Below are positions 47,301 to 56,067 of a stretch of 64,000 nt of DNA, piece after piece. The position numbers were made by a program, and so were the translations under genes. Each line of letters opens with the position of its first letter. Position 1 is the stretch's first letter. This DNA is from Candidatus Parcubacteria bacterium. GTDB taxonomy: Bacteria; Patescibacteriota; Minisyncoccia; Phycocordibacterales; CAIJYI01. The stretch covers positions 56,417 through 120,416 of the forward strand of contig JAPLYL010000008.1 of assembly GCA_026395595.1 (NCBI GenBank). The letters run 5' to 3'. The notes beneath the pieces were generated by a model. It did not search any database, was not told the DNA's origin, and saw only the letters and a program-made list of their open reading frames with translations.

Positions 47301-47337
47301 CGCGCCCGGGAAATTTATTCGTTCATTTTTTTATAAC

Positions 47338-47631
47338 ATGAAAAAAGAACCGATCATTTCCTTCCAAGGGAAAAACGCGAACATAGAACTTTTTGAGACG
47401 GAAATAAAAATAGGAGAAAAGCATATCGCCATAAAAGATATTCTTTCTCACAAAATAAAACAACCCAAGAAAACCTGCGGTTTTCTCCATTTTTCTCTCG
47501 CGGGAAATCTTCCCTCTCAGAAATGGACTCTCGGCGACGAACCGGACGAAAACACGGTCTGCTTTACCACTGAAGAAGACCACCAAAAAGCGCAGGAGAT
47601 AGTAAAATACATCACAAAAAGTAAACGCTAA
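47338..47631 (+). CDS. Hypothetical protein (97 aa)
   Basis: ORF with a plausible start. No motif. Confidence 0.4.
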   Translation: MKKEPIISFQGKNANIELFETEIKIGEKHIAIKDILSHKIKQPKKTCGFLHFSLAGNLPSQKWTLGDEPDENTVCFTTEEDHQKAQEIVKYITKSKR

Positions 47632-47704
47632 AGAAAAATTATTATGACGAAGAGCGCCGTCTTTCTATTTTATTATTTCTCTATTCTGTTATCATAGAAA
47701 GATA

Positions 47705-48445
47705 ATGGCCACCAGCAAAAAAGAAGAAAATTGGCTCCTCAATGAGAAGTACCAAGGAAAAGAATGTCCCGAATTTTTTGAGGATATAAAAAGAATAGAA
47801 AACGGCAAACCGATTGATTATGTCATCGGTTTTACAGAATTTCTCGGCGCAAAAATAGACCTTTCTTTCCACCCCCTCATCCCTCGCCAAGAAACCGAGT
47901 ACTGGGTAGAAAAAGCCATAAAAGAAATGCCCGCGGAAAAACTTCAGGTATTAGATCTCTTCGCCGGTTCCGGTTGTATCGGTGTCGCCCTTCTCAAAAA
48001 TCTTCCCGACATTGCTGTTGATTTTGGAGAAAAAGACCTGAACCTCATACCGCAAATAGAGAAAAATCTTGCAATAAACAATATCGCCGCTGAAAGAGCG
48101 CGTGTTTTTACCACCGATGTTTTTTCATATCTCCCGCCAAAAAAGTACGATTATATTTTCGCCAATCCTCCGTATATTTCCAAAGATAAAAAAGAGCAAG
48201 TAGCAGACTCCGTTATGAAATACGAACCGCATCTCGCCCTCTTTGCCGATGACGACGGACTCTTTTTCATAAAAAAATTATTGAACGAATCTCCCAATTT
48301 TCTCTCTCCAAAAGGAAAACTCTTCATAGAATTTGATGCATGGCAAAAAGAAAAAATTGCGGAACTTATCAAAGAGTCAAAATTCCAAGGCGAGTTTCGG
48401 AAAGACCAATTTGATACATGGCGCGTTATCGTATGTACCCTTTAG
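47705..48445 (+). CDS. prmC: Release-factor glutamine N5-methyltransferase PrmC/HemK
   Basis: LDLFAGSGCIGVAL (motif I) and FANPPYIS (NPPY motif IV). Confidence 0.8.
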   Translation: MATSKKEENWLLNEKYQGKECPEFFEDIKRIENGKPIDYVIGFTEFLGAKIDLSFHPLIPRQETEYWVEKAIKEMPAEKLQVLDLFAGSGCIGVALLKNLPDIAVDFGEKDLNLIPQIEKNLAINNIAAERARVFTTDVFSYLPPKKYDYIFANPPYISKDKKEQVADSVMKYEPHLALFADDDGLFFIKKLLNESPNFLSPKGKLFIEFDAWQKEKIAELIKESKFQGEFRKDQFDTWRVIVCTL

Positions 48446-48468
48446 AAACTTAGCGGTGAGTCCTCCCT

Positions 48469-48918
48469 TTGGAGGTTCCACCGCCAAGTTGCCGCCAAAC
48501 ACTATTTAAAAACAATATGAAAAAAATACGCTATATTATTATATTTATACTTATTCTTATCATCAGTCTTCTCTTTTTCTTCTGGCCGAAACAGGCGGTA
48601 CAGAGAGACCTTTTTAGCTCGCCACAAAAAGAGAGGGGTATATTCTCCAACTCTCCTCCAAGAACTCCGCAAACCAAAGAAATCACCTATACGAACGAGG
48701 GTTTCAGTCCTACCGTTCTTTCTATAAATGCAGGAGACACGGTCATTTTCAAAAATAAAAGCAAAAAAAATTTCCAACCAAAAAGCGATAAAAATTTCGA
48801 AGCCGAAACCCCCATCGCAAAATACAAAGAATATCAATTCACCTTCCAAACCTCGGGAGAATACGGCTACTACGACCAACTCGACCAATCCAAATTCGGC
48901 GCGGTGGTAGTGAAATAA
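48469..48918 (+). CDS. Secreted hypothetical protein, cupredoxin-like fold candidate
   Basis: Signal/TM N-terminus. The beta-rich C-terminus (GDTVIFKNKS...YQFTFQTSGEYGYY) lacks obvious copper ligands. Confidence 0.4.
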   Translation: MEVPPPSCRQTLFKNNMKKIRYIIIFILILIISLLFFFWPKQAVQRDLFSSPQKERGIFSNSPPRTPQTKEITYTNEGFSPTVLSINAGDTVIFKNKSKKNFQPKSDKNFEAETPIAKYKEYQFTFQTSGEYGYYDQLDQSKFGAVVVK

Positions 48919-49646
48919 AAGGGGTCAGGTACCTTTGTTTTGCCTTCCTCTTTTTCGTATTGTTGCAAGAAGTCCATGCCTGTTTATCATTTCATTCGTC
49001 CACTCCGGTGTACCAAACGGCTTGCCTCGATTTACCGAATAGCGGACAGATTCTTCCTCTTCGCATGTTTGTGGAAGATTCACAAAAGAAATATAATCCT
49101 TGGGTTCGGCAATCGGCCAAGGAGACAAAAGATCCGTTTGCTTATTTTTCAATCTTTTGTTTAAACTTGAAAAATCCCAATTTTGCGCTTTCGTAACCAA
49201 CTTTGCGCGAAGTGGATTTCTCTCAACATACCGGATCACCGTTAAAAGGTGATCGTCCCCTTCTATCCCAAACGACTTGTATCTTCCCTGATACAAATGC
49301 CCGGTGCCAACAGTTTTGTTTTTTGTATGCCAGCGCTGGGTGTGTGTTAATGTAATCCACTGCATAAATTTCTGAAGGTCTCCGTCGAGATAAGGGTAGA
49401 GAACGAGATGAAAATGATTTGGCATCAAGCAATAGGCAAGGATACGCATTTTGTATTTTTGTTTTGCTTCTTCAAGAATGGTTTCAAACAACTTAAAATC
49501 ATCTTCTTCAAAAAAGATCGGGAGACGTGCGTTCGCGCGATTGATGACGTGATAAATTTCTCCGCCAATATCTACTCGCGGTAATCGTGGCATTTCAAAA
49601 TTATATCATATCGAATTTTTTAATCAAAGGTACCTGACCCTTTTAT
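48917..49646. mobile_element. Compact IS200/IS605-like (HUH Y1 transposase) element bounded by about 19-bp terminal inverted repeats
   Basis: Left aaaaggggtcaggtaccttt and right aaaggtacctgaccctttt are reverse complements apart from one G. They enclose only the transposase gene. Confidence 0.65.
48925..49593 (-). CDS. IS200-like / REP-associated HUH tyrosine transposase
   Basis: HUH motif LMPNHFHLV and an N-terminal YHVINRANAR pattern. Confidence 0.75.
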   Translation of the reverse strand: MPRLPRVDIGGEIYHVINRANARLPIFFEEDDFKLFETILEEAKQKYKMRILAYCLMPNHFHLVLYPYLDGDLQKFMQWITLTHTQRWHTKNKTVGTGHLYQGRYKSFGIEGDDHLLTVIRYVERNPLRAKLVTKAQNWDFSSLNKRLKNKQTDLLSPWPIAEPKDYISFVNLPQTCEEEESVRYSVNRGKPFGTPEWTNEMINRHGLLATIRKRGRQNKGT

Positions 49647-49933
49647 TATCAAAAAAGTCTCGCTCCCTGCCTGTTGGCGGATGCGAGACCTTAATAAAAA
49701 CTAGTGATTCATTTCATCATAATCACAACCGCTATGATGGACGGGGGGTCTTTCTGTTTTGATCATCCAAACAACACCGACGATCAAAGTAAAAATCACC
49801 AACAAAAAAATAATAGTAAACAAATCAAACCTCTGGGTTTTCCCGATAGACAAAAGTAACAAATTTAACTGTGTGTAGTATATCACAAATAAATTTTCTT
49901 GTCAACACACCTCCCGTCTGTTATCATTACCAA

Positions 49934-52090
49934 ATGACTCCAGAGTCGCTTATTGTTGAAACCTTCCGTCTTTCTCCTCTGCAAAAAGCCGCACTTGCTC
50001 GGCTTAATTTGCATACCATTTTAGATCTTCTATATTACTTCCCTACCCGTTACAGCAGTATCTCAGAAATAAAAAACATTTCGGAACTCATTATCGGTGA
50101 AAAAGCTGTTATCTATGGACAAATTTCCAACCTCAAAACTGCCAAAGGATTCAAATCAAAAATGACCTATGCGGAAGCGACCATTGAAGACCGCACGGGA
50201 AAAATCAAGACCATCTGGTTTCGTCAGCCGTATATCGCCAAGATGTTCGGAGAGGGAGATCTCGTCAAACTTTCCGGAACGGTTTCCGACAAAAACGGCG
50301 CCAAATACCTCAGCAATCCGGAAATAGAAAAAACCAAAGATCTGCCGATAGACGCGGGAAATTCGCTGTTCAAAAATACCGATCAGATCGGCGCGGTTTC
50401 CTATCCCGTGTATCCGGAGACGCAAGGCATTACGAGCAAGTGGATCTACCACGCGATAGACAAAATAATAAAAAATGGAACGATTGAAGCTATCGTTGAC
50501 CCGATACCGCAAGAAATTCTTGAAAAATACCACCTCCCGGCGCTAAAAACAGCACTCGTCTGGGTGCATATGCCAAAGGAAGAATCTCACGGATTGATCG
50601 CTCGCAAACGTTTTGCTTTTGAAGAAATTTTCTTTATTCAGCTCCTCCGCCAAAAAGCAAAAAAAGAATACGAGAAAAATAAATCGTTTTTCGTGCATGC
50701 CAAAGAAGAAGACGTGAATGACTTTATTTCCCGTTTCCCTTTTCGCCCCACAGACGCTCAAAACAAGGCGATAGAAGATATTTATAAAGACCTCCGTTCC
50801 GAAAAGCCGATGCTCCGCCTTCTTGAGGGGGATGTGGGTTCAGGAAAAACATTCGTCGCCGCCGCCATTGCTTATGCCCTCACACAAGAACGAACGCAGG
50901 GTGAATTTACCAAACTTCAAACCGCTTACATGGCGCCGACCGAAATTCTCGCCACCCAGCTTTTTGAGAATTTCATCAAATACTTTTCGCATTTACCCGT
51001 TACTATCGGTCTGGTAACCGGTTCCGGCTGCAAAAAATTCCCGTCAAAAGTTGATCCGACCGGTTGGACAAACATTTCAAAAACACAGCTCATGAAATGG
51101 GTCGGGGGCGGCGAAGTAGACATTCTCGTCGGCACGCACGCTATCATTCAAAAAAGCGTCAATTTCAAAAATCTCGCTTTCGCCATCATTGACGAACAGC
51201 ATCGTTTCGGTACCGCTCAGAGGATGAAACTCGTCAAAAAAGGCCAGCCGGTTCCCCACTTCCTCTCCATGACCGCCACCCCCATACCGCGAACGCTCGC
51301 CCTCACTATTTACGGTGACCTTGACCTCACTCTTTTGGATGCCATGCCTCCGGGAAGAAAACCGGTCATTACCGATATCATCTACGCAAAAAATCGCGAC
51401 CAAATGTACGAAGACATCCGCAAAGAACTCAAAACCGGCCGCCAAGCCTACGTTATTTGTCCGCGCATTGACGAACCCGACCCCGAAAAAGAAATGGCGC
51501 TCCAAGCAAAATCAGTAAAAGAAGAAGCAAAACGCTTGAAGAAAAACATTTTTCAAGAATACGAGATTGATATTCTGCATGGAAAAATGACACCGAAAGA
51601 AAAAGAAAGCATCATGGCGAGCTTTGAGAAAAAAGAAATAGATATTCTCTGCGCGACTTCCGTCGTGGAAGTCGGTGTCAACGTCCCGAACGCCACGATT
51701 ATCATTATAGAAGGAGCCGAACGATTCGGCCTCGCCCAGCTCCACCAGCTCCGCGGAAGAGTCATCCGAAGCAATCACCAAGCATACTGTTATCTTTTGA
51801 CGGAAAGTTTCGGTCAAAAAACAAAAGACCGACTCCACGCGCTCAAAACCGCCAAAAACGGTTTTGAACTCGCCGAGATGGACTTGGCTTTGCGCGGCGC
51901 CGGAGAACTCGGCGGCAAAAAACAATGGGGTGTCAGCGACCTCGGAATGGAAGCGATCAAAAATCTAAAAATGGTAGAAGCAGCACGATTTGAAGCAAAG
52001 GAAATGTTAAAAAAGAATCCATCGCTCAAAAAATATCCGCTTATTCTCGCAAAACTGGAAGGAAAAGAAACCGTAAGCCATTTTGAGTAA
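49934..52090 (+). CDS. recG: ATP-dependent DNA helicase RecG
   Basis: Wedge domain, DVGSGKT, IIDEQHRFG, TATPIPRT and QLRGRV motifs. The ORF track starts at 49871 but the likely Met is at 49934. Confidence 0.85.
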   Translation: MTPESLIVETFRLSPLQKAALARLNLHTILDLLYYFPTRYSSISEIKNISELIIGEKAVIYGQISNLKTAKGFKSKMTYAEATIEDRTGKIKTIWFRQPYIAKMFGEGDLVKLSGTVSDKNGAKYLSNPEIEKTKDLPIDAGNSLFKNTDQIGAVSYPVYPETQGITSKWIYHAIDKIIKNGTIEAIVDPIPQEILEKYHLPALKTALVWVHMPKEESHGLIARKRFAFEEIFFIQLLRQKAKKEYEKNKSFFVHAKEEDVNDFISRFPFRPTDAQNKAIEDIYKDLRSEKPMLRLLEGDVGSGKTFVAAAIAYALTQERTQGEFTKLQTAYMAPTEILATQLFENFIKYFSHLPVTIGLVTGSGCKKFPSKVDPTGWTNISKTQLMKWVGGGEVDILVGTHAIIQKSVNFKNLAFAIIDEQHRFGTAQRMKLVKKGQPVPHFLSMTATPIPRTLALTIYGDLDLTLLDAMPPGRKPVITDIIYAKNRDQMYEDIRKELKTGRQAYVICPRIDEPDPEKEMALQAKSVKEEAKRLKKNIFQEYEIDILHGKMTPKEKESIMASFEKKEIDILCATSVVEVGVNVPNATIIIIEGAERFGLAQLHQLRGRVIRSNHQAYCYLLTESFGQKTKDRLHALKTAKNGFELAEMDLALRGAGELGGKKQWGVSDLGMEAIKNLKMVEAARFEAKEMLKKNPSLKKYPLILAKLEGKETVSHFE

Positions 52091-52157
52091 GTTGACATGT
52101 AACATATCCAATGCTAATCTTAAAAAAGATTTTCAGATAGAACAAAGAAGGTTCAAT

Positions 52158-52505
52158 ATGGAAAAAATAAGCGAAGAAATAAGAAAACTTGAAAAAGAGA
52201 TTGAAGAAAAAACAAAACCCATTGAAGATTTAAAAAATGAACTTTTACAGAAAAAACGTAAATTACTGAAAGAGTATCCGAAAGTAAAATTCAAAAATTT
52301 ACGACCGGGACAAAAATTCAGATTACTCCACGAGGGCAGCCCTTTGAGTATGAAGGCCTACATCCCCGAAAAGTCTATGAAGCAAATGGGGTTGTATCAT
52401 GAAGTATCGTGGCCCAACACATCCCCCGACACAGTAGTATTGGAAGGCGAAGACATAGGAAGAATAATACAAACTTACTCTGATATCGTCGCTCTTATTG
52501 AGTAA
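52158..52505 (+). CDS. Hypothetical coiled-coil protein
   Basis: Preceded by a TTGACA...TAATCT promoter-like sequence. No motif. Confidence 0.4.
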   Translation: MEKISEEIRKLEKEIEEKTKPIEDLKNELLQKKRKLLKEYPKVKFKNLRPGQKFRLLHEGSPLSMKAYIPEKSMKQMGLYHEVSWPNTSPDTVVLEGEDIGRIIQTYSDIVALIE

Positions 52506-52595
52506 TACAGATAATATCCCAATCCAGCCCGTCGCTCTGCGATTGGCTGGTTTTTTGTACTTGCTTTTTATATAACCAAAGTATATCATATAGTT

Positions 52596-52871
52596 ATGAA
52601 AACATTATTGAACATAAAGATTGATAGTGCGATTAAAGAAAAAGCAAAGGAGACGGCGAGGGATTTGGGTATGCCATTAAGCACTATATTGAATGCCTAC
52701 ATTCATCAACTCGTCCGCAGTCGTGAAGTATACTTTACCTCCGCCCCGCGCATGACGCCGGAACTGGAAAAACTCGTCGGGGTCGCGAAACGCGATTTTC
52801 GCAACAAAAAAAACATCGCAGGACCATTTAAAACCGGCGCAGAAATGGACGCCTATCTGGACGCCATTTAA
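52596..52871 (+). CDS. Type II antitoxin, DinJ/RelB family (RHH)
   Basis: Length is 91 aa. NIKIDSAIKEKAKE ribbon-helix-helix pattern. Followed immediately by the toxin gene. Confidence 0.7.
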   Translation: MKTLLNIKIDSAIKEKAKETARDLGMPLSTILNAYIHQLVRSREVYFTSAPRMTPELEKLVGVAKRDFRNKKNIAGPFKTGAEMDAYLDAI

Positions 52872-52874
52872 TCT

Positions 52875-53135
52875 ATGGAAATTTTTCTTCACAAACATTT
52901 CCTCAAAAAATATCCCGACCTTAAACCGGGAGAAAAAACACGGTTCAAAGAACGGCGCGAACTTTTTCTTTCCGACCCGTTTCATCCGATTTTAAACAAC
53001 CACGCCCTTTCCGGAAAATATAAGGGACTGCGAAGTATAAATATCGGCGGAGATTTGCGTGCTGTTTATGATGCCATTTCAGACAATGCCGTGCTTTTTG
53101 TTGATATTGATACGCATAGTAAATTGTACGAGTAA
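52875..53135 (+). CDS. Type II toxin, RelE/YafQ family mRNA interferase
   Basis: Length is 86 aa. ...RAVYDAISDNAVLFVDIDTHSKLY is a RelE-fold signature. Confidence 0.7.
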   Translation: MEIFLHKHFLKKYPDLKPGEKTRFKERRELFLSDPFHPILNNHALSGKYKGLRSINIGGDLRAVYDAISDNAVLFVDIDTHSKLYE

Positions 53136-53161
53136 GACAAACTCACTAAAAACAGAAGACG

Positions 53162-53195
53162 AAGAAACCGTGAGCCATTTTGAGTAGGGGGGGGG
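53162..53195. repeat. Duplicate of recG 3'-terminal 25 nt followed by a G9 homopolymer
   Basis: aagaaaccgtgagccattttgagta matches 52066..52089 with 24 of 25 identities. ggggggggg lies at 53187..53195. Confidence 0.65.
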
Positions 53196-53265
53196 CACAC
53201 ATTGACAAAATATACAAATGTGATATACTTTTTGCAGTTATAACTCAACGAAAAAAGGAAAAGAA

Positions 53266-53550
53266 ATGACCAATCTGTATGTAAGTCCGGATGATTACAA
53301 AAAAGTTAGAAAGTCTGATATCTCAAAAATTGAAACTTTTGAAGACGCAAAAACCGCTTTCTGTTTAAGAGAAAATATTCAACAGGCTCTTCAAGAAAAC
53401 TGTGAACAACAAAAAGCAAGATTTGAAATGGAAAAAATATGTCAATTTATTCTTGACCATTATGGTGAAAATTTGGCTACGGTTGAATGGGTGTCCACTC
53501 ATGCCGAATTTGGTAAAGCAAGAACGTTGGCTCATGAAATGTTGAGATAA
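53266..53550 (+). CDS. Hypothetical protein (94 aa)
   Basis: Preceded by a consensus-like promoter ttgacaaaatatacaaatgtgatatact. Confidence 0.4.
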   Translation: MTNLYVSPDDYKKVRKSDISKIETFEDAKTAFCLRENIQQALQENCEQQKARFEMEKICQFILDHYGENLATVEWVSTHAEFGKARTLAHEMLR

Positions 53551-53648
53551 TAAACCCCCGTCACATCGCGCTTCGCGAGGTGACGGGATTTCTATATACT
53601 CGCATATTAAAGTATTGACAAAATATATACAATATATATACTTTACTT

Positions 53649-53951
53649 ATGACTACTCAATTCATGTTTAAAATAGAGCCGAAGCTCAAAAAAGCGGCTA
53701 TGAAAAAAGCAAAAGAGCAAGGAACCACCTTCTCTTCCGTTCTTAATTTTGCCGCAACCGCTTTTATAGAGGGACAGTTCAATGTTGGGCTTATTATAAA
53801 CGAAGTACCGAATATTCGTACTCAAAAAATACTCCGACAAGCAAGTGAGGATTACCGCCTTGGAAAAAATATCTCCCCCGCTTTTTCCAATGCAAAGGAC
53901 GCCATTGCCTATCTAAAGTCTCAAACAACGCATGCTCGCAAGGTTTCATAA
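53649..53951 (+). CDS. Type II antitoxin (DinJ/RelB-like), second copy
   Basis: Length is 100 aa. KIEPKLKKAAMKKAKEQG. It overlaps the toxin gene. Its promoter is a near-duplicate of that at 53199. Confidence 0.6.
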   Translation: MTTQFMFKIEPKLKKAAMKKAKEQGTTFSSVLNFAATAFIEGQFNVGLIINEVPNIRTQKILRQASEDYRLGKNISPAFSNAKDAIAYLKSQTTHARKVS

Positions 53952-54186
53952 AAAATTCGCCAAGCGACTGGAAAAACTTCCCCTAAAAATTGAAGATGCT
54001 TTTTACGCAAGACTCGAAATTTTTCTTGTGAATAAATTTGACCAACGTCTTAATAATCACGAACTTGAGGGCGAATACGCCGGATATAAAAGCATAAATG
54101 TTACGGGTGATTATCGCGCCATTTTCCAAGATTTTGGTGACAATGTTCTTTTTATTACCATCGGCACCCATAGCGAACTCTATTAA
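53932..54186 (+). CDS. Type II toxin RelE/YafQ family, second copy
   Basis: Length is 84 aa. ...RAIFQDFGDNVLFITIGTHSELY is paralogous to 52875..53135. Confidence 0.7.
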   Translation: MLARFHKKFAKRLEKLPLKIEDAFYARLEIFLVNKFDQRLNNHELEGEYAGYKSINVTGDYRAIFQDFGDNVLFITIGTHSELY

Positions 54187-54287
54187 ACAGCCCTTTGCTG
54201 TCTTTTTTGAATTTCTCTTGTTTTTTTATATTAATGTGTTATCCTCATACCAGTCCTGTTATTTTAAACACTCAAAAGGAGAACAAC

Positions 54288-54749
54288 ATGACTCAAGAAA
54301 AACTCGCATGTCTTGAATGCGGCAGTCCCGCCGAATGGATACGGTATACGCAATTTTCCGGCAATCATCCCTACTGCGAAGCTTGCGCCAAAAAAGAAAC
54401 AGATTTTCCCGAAGGCAACGGCTCTTATTCCGATTGGGACAAATGGCCGCCCGAAGAAAACCGCAAAAAAGAAGATTCTACCCGTCTTCATCAAATAAGA
54501 AAAGAAATTTGCGAGATAAGAGAGGAGTCCGACGCAAAAATTGCTCTTCTTCAGAGAGAAGCAGAGCAAATCTTTGAAGAAGCCCCGACTTTTTGGGAGA
54601 TTCCCCTCGGACAAAAGTTTATGTATGACCTCTATGGCCCGATATGCAAAAAGACCGGTGATTCCCGCGAAGCGACAATAGAAAGCGAACACAACAAAGG
54701 AATGCGCTTTCTTTTAAGAAGCACGGGCAAAGTTTTCCTTATAGAATAA
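54288..54749 (+). CDS. Hypothetical zinc-ribbon protein
   Basis: CLECGS...CEAC. RBS aaaggag precedes the ATG at 54288. The ORF track began earlier at 54195. Confidence 0.45.
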   Translation: MTQEKLACLECGSPAEWIRYTQFSGNHPYCEACAKKETDFPEGNGSYSDWDKWPPEENRKKEDSTRLHQIRKEICEIREESDAKIALLQREAEQIFEEAPTFWEIPLGQKFMYDLYGPICKKTGDSREATIESEHNKGMRFLLRSTGKVFLIE

Positions 54750-54765
54750 AGGGATTCCCTTAAAA

Positions 54766-55002
54766 ATGGATAAAACAATAAGTATGTATTTGGGGTATTT
54801 TTCCCCATATTATGCTTTTCTGTTCACTTTCGTTTTTTTATCTCTTACCGGTTTTCTGATAATTGCTTATGGATGGTCTTTTGAAGTTCTGTGTGTCGCT
54901 ATTGCCGGTGCGGGCATACTTTCTTTGTATTTTATAAAAGGAAGAGAAAGACTGAGAGAATTGGTAAACAAAATGAAGAAAAACAAAATCTTTCTTGCCT
55001 AG
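54766..55002 (+). CDS. Small two-TM membrane protein
   Basis: Length is 78 aa with two hydrophobic helices. Confidence 0.4.
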   Translation: MDKTISMYLGYFSPYYAFLFTFVFLSLTGFLIIAYGWSFEVLCVAIAGAGILSLYFIKGRERLRELVNKMKKNKIFLA

Positions 55003-55183
55003 CTAGTAAATCCGCCCGTCGCATGGTCGTCCATAGTCCGTTGTTTTTTAGATGCATGCGATCATTATCGGAAAAATCGCTCGTAAACATCATCGCCCCG
55101 CGCTTATGCGTCGGGGCGATTTTTTGTTGCGAAATTTAATATAAAAAGGGCCGCCAATAAAGACAACCCTTTGAACTCTTAAT

Positions 55184-55666
55184 CTAAAATTTTATTTTTT
55201 TGGGAATAGCTGCGGTTGCGGTTAATTCCACCAGCGTATCTTCCGCGGGGTATTCCAGCGGAACTTCTGATACCCACACGAGCGTTCTTGCGGGAAGATT
55301 TTTTGTTTCTTTGGACACCATGTGTCCCGCAAAAAAATCTATATAAGCGGCACCGAAATTTTTTCTTGCCTCGGCTCTCGCTAGATGTTTCGCTTCCCCT
55401 GTTTCCTCAGCATCCTTCAAAAAAACTTTAATTTCAACAATACTGTTGATATTACCGCCAGCCGCTTTAACAACAGCCAAAATGTTCCTGAGCGCTTGAA
55501 ATGTCTGTTGGTATAAACCGCCAGAAACGACAGGTTCATCTGGAACACCCGGAATGTTTCCAGTCTGCCCAGCAAGAAAAAGTAAATTGCATTTTTCCAG
55601 ATCAACCAAAACAGCCTGACTGTAAAACCCCGGTTCCGGGGCATTCTTCGTAAATATGTGCTTCAT
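55184..55666 (-). CDS. ridA: RidA/YjgF/L-PSP family protein
   Basis: NAPEPGFYSQAV...AGQ...FLKD...PART pattern typical of the RidA family. Confidence 0.75.
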   Translation of the reverse strand: MKHIFTKNAPEPGFYSQAVLVDLEKCNLLFLAGQTGNIPGVPDEPVVSGGLYQQTFQALRNILAVVKAAGGNINSIVEIKVFLKDAEETGEAKHLARAEARKNFGAAYIDFFAGHMVSKETKNLPARTLVWVSEVPLEYPAEDTLVELTATAAIPKKIKF

Positions 55667-55789
55667 GAGATATCTCCTCTTTTTTCAGGGTACAAATTAC
55701 TTTTTTATGATATCATATTTGTTCAATACTGTCAAATCCATTGCGAAAAAACCGAAAATACGCTAAAATTCTCTGCATAACCAAAGTAT

Positions 55790-55828
55790 GCACGCATAGC
55801 TTAATTGGTTAAAGCATTTGGCTTATAA
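55790..55828 (+). pseudogene. 5' tRNA fragment (acceptor + D arm + anticodon stem-loop only)
   Basis: gcacgcatagcttaattggttaaagcatttggcttataa is near-identical to the 5' half of the downstream intact tRNA, then diverges. Confidence 0.6.
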
Positions 55829-55858
55829 TTACAAACGAAGAACAAAATAAAAGAAAAT

Positions 55859-55932
55859 GCACGCATAGCTCAATTGGTTAGAGCATTTGGCTTATATCCA
55901 AAAGGTTCATGGTTCAAGTCCATGTGCGTGCA
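55859..55932 (+). tRNA. tRNA-Ile (anticodon UAU) (74 nt)
   Basis: Acceptor GCACGCA/TGCGTGC with discriminator A. D arm GCTC-AATTGGTTA-GAGC. Anticodon stem TTTGG/CCAAA with loop CTTATAT. T arm CATGG-TTCAAGT-CCATG. Confidence 0.75.
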
Positions 55933-55983
55933 CAACAAAGTGCATTATCTTTTATTTTTTCTGAGTGCTGTAATTATACGAAG

Positions 55984-56023
55984 TATATCCAAAAGGTTCA
56001 TGGTTCAAGTCCATGTGCGCCCA
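55984..56023 (+). pseudogene. 3' tRNA fragment (anticodon loop to acceptor 3' strand)
   Basis: tatatccaaaaggttcatggttcaagtccatgtgcgc matches the intact tRNA up to the acceptor, which then differs. There is no 5' partner. Confidence 0.6.
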
Positions 56024-56067
56024 CATTCAAAACAAAAGCGGCAAAGCCGCTTTTGTTTTTATATTTT

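Noticed and set aside
51077-51925. Minus-strand ORFs (142 and 137 aa) inside recG
   Set aside because: Antisense shadow ORFs.
55790-56023. Split or permuted tRNA made from the 5' and 3' fragments
   Set aside because: Joining the halves gives two acceptor-stem mismatches. Remnants are more parsimonious.
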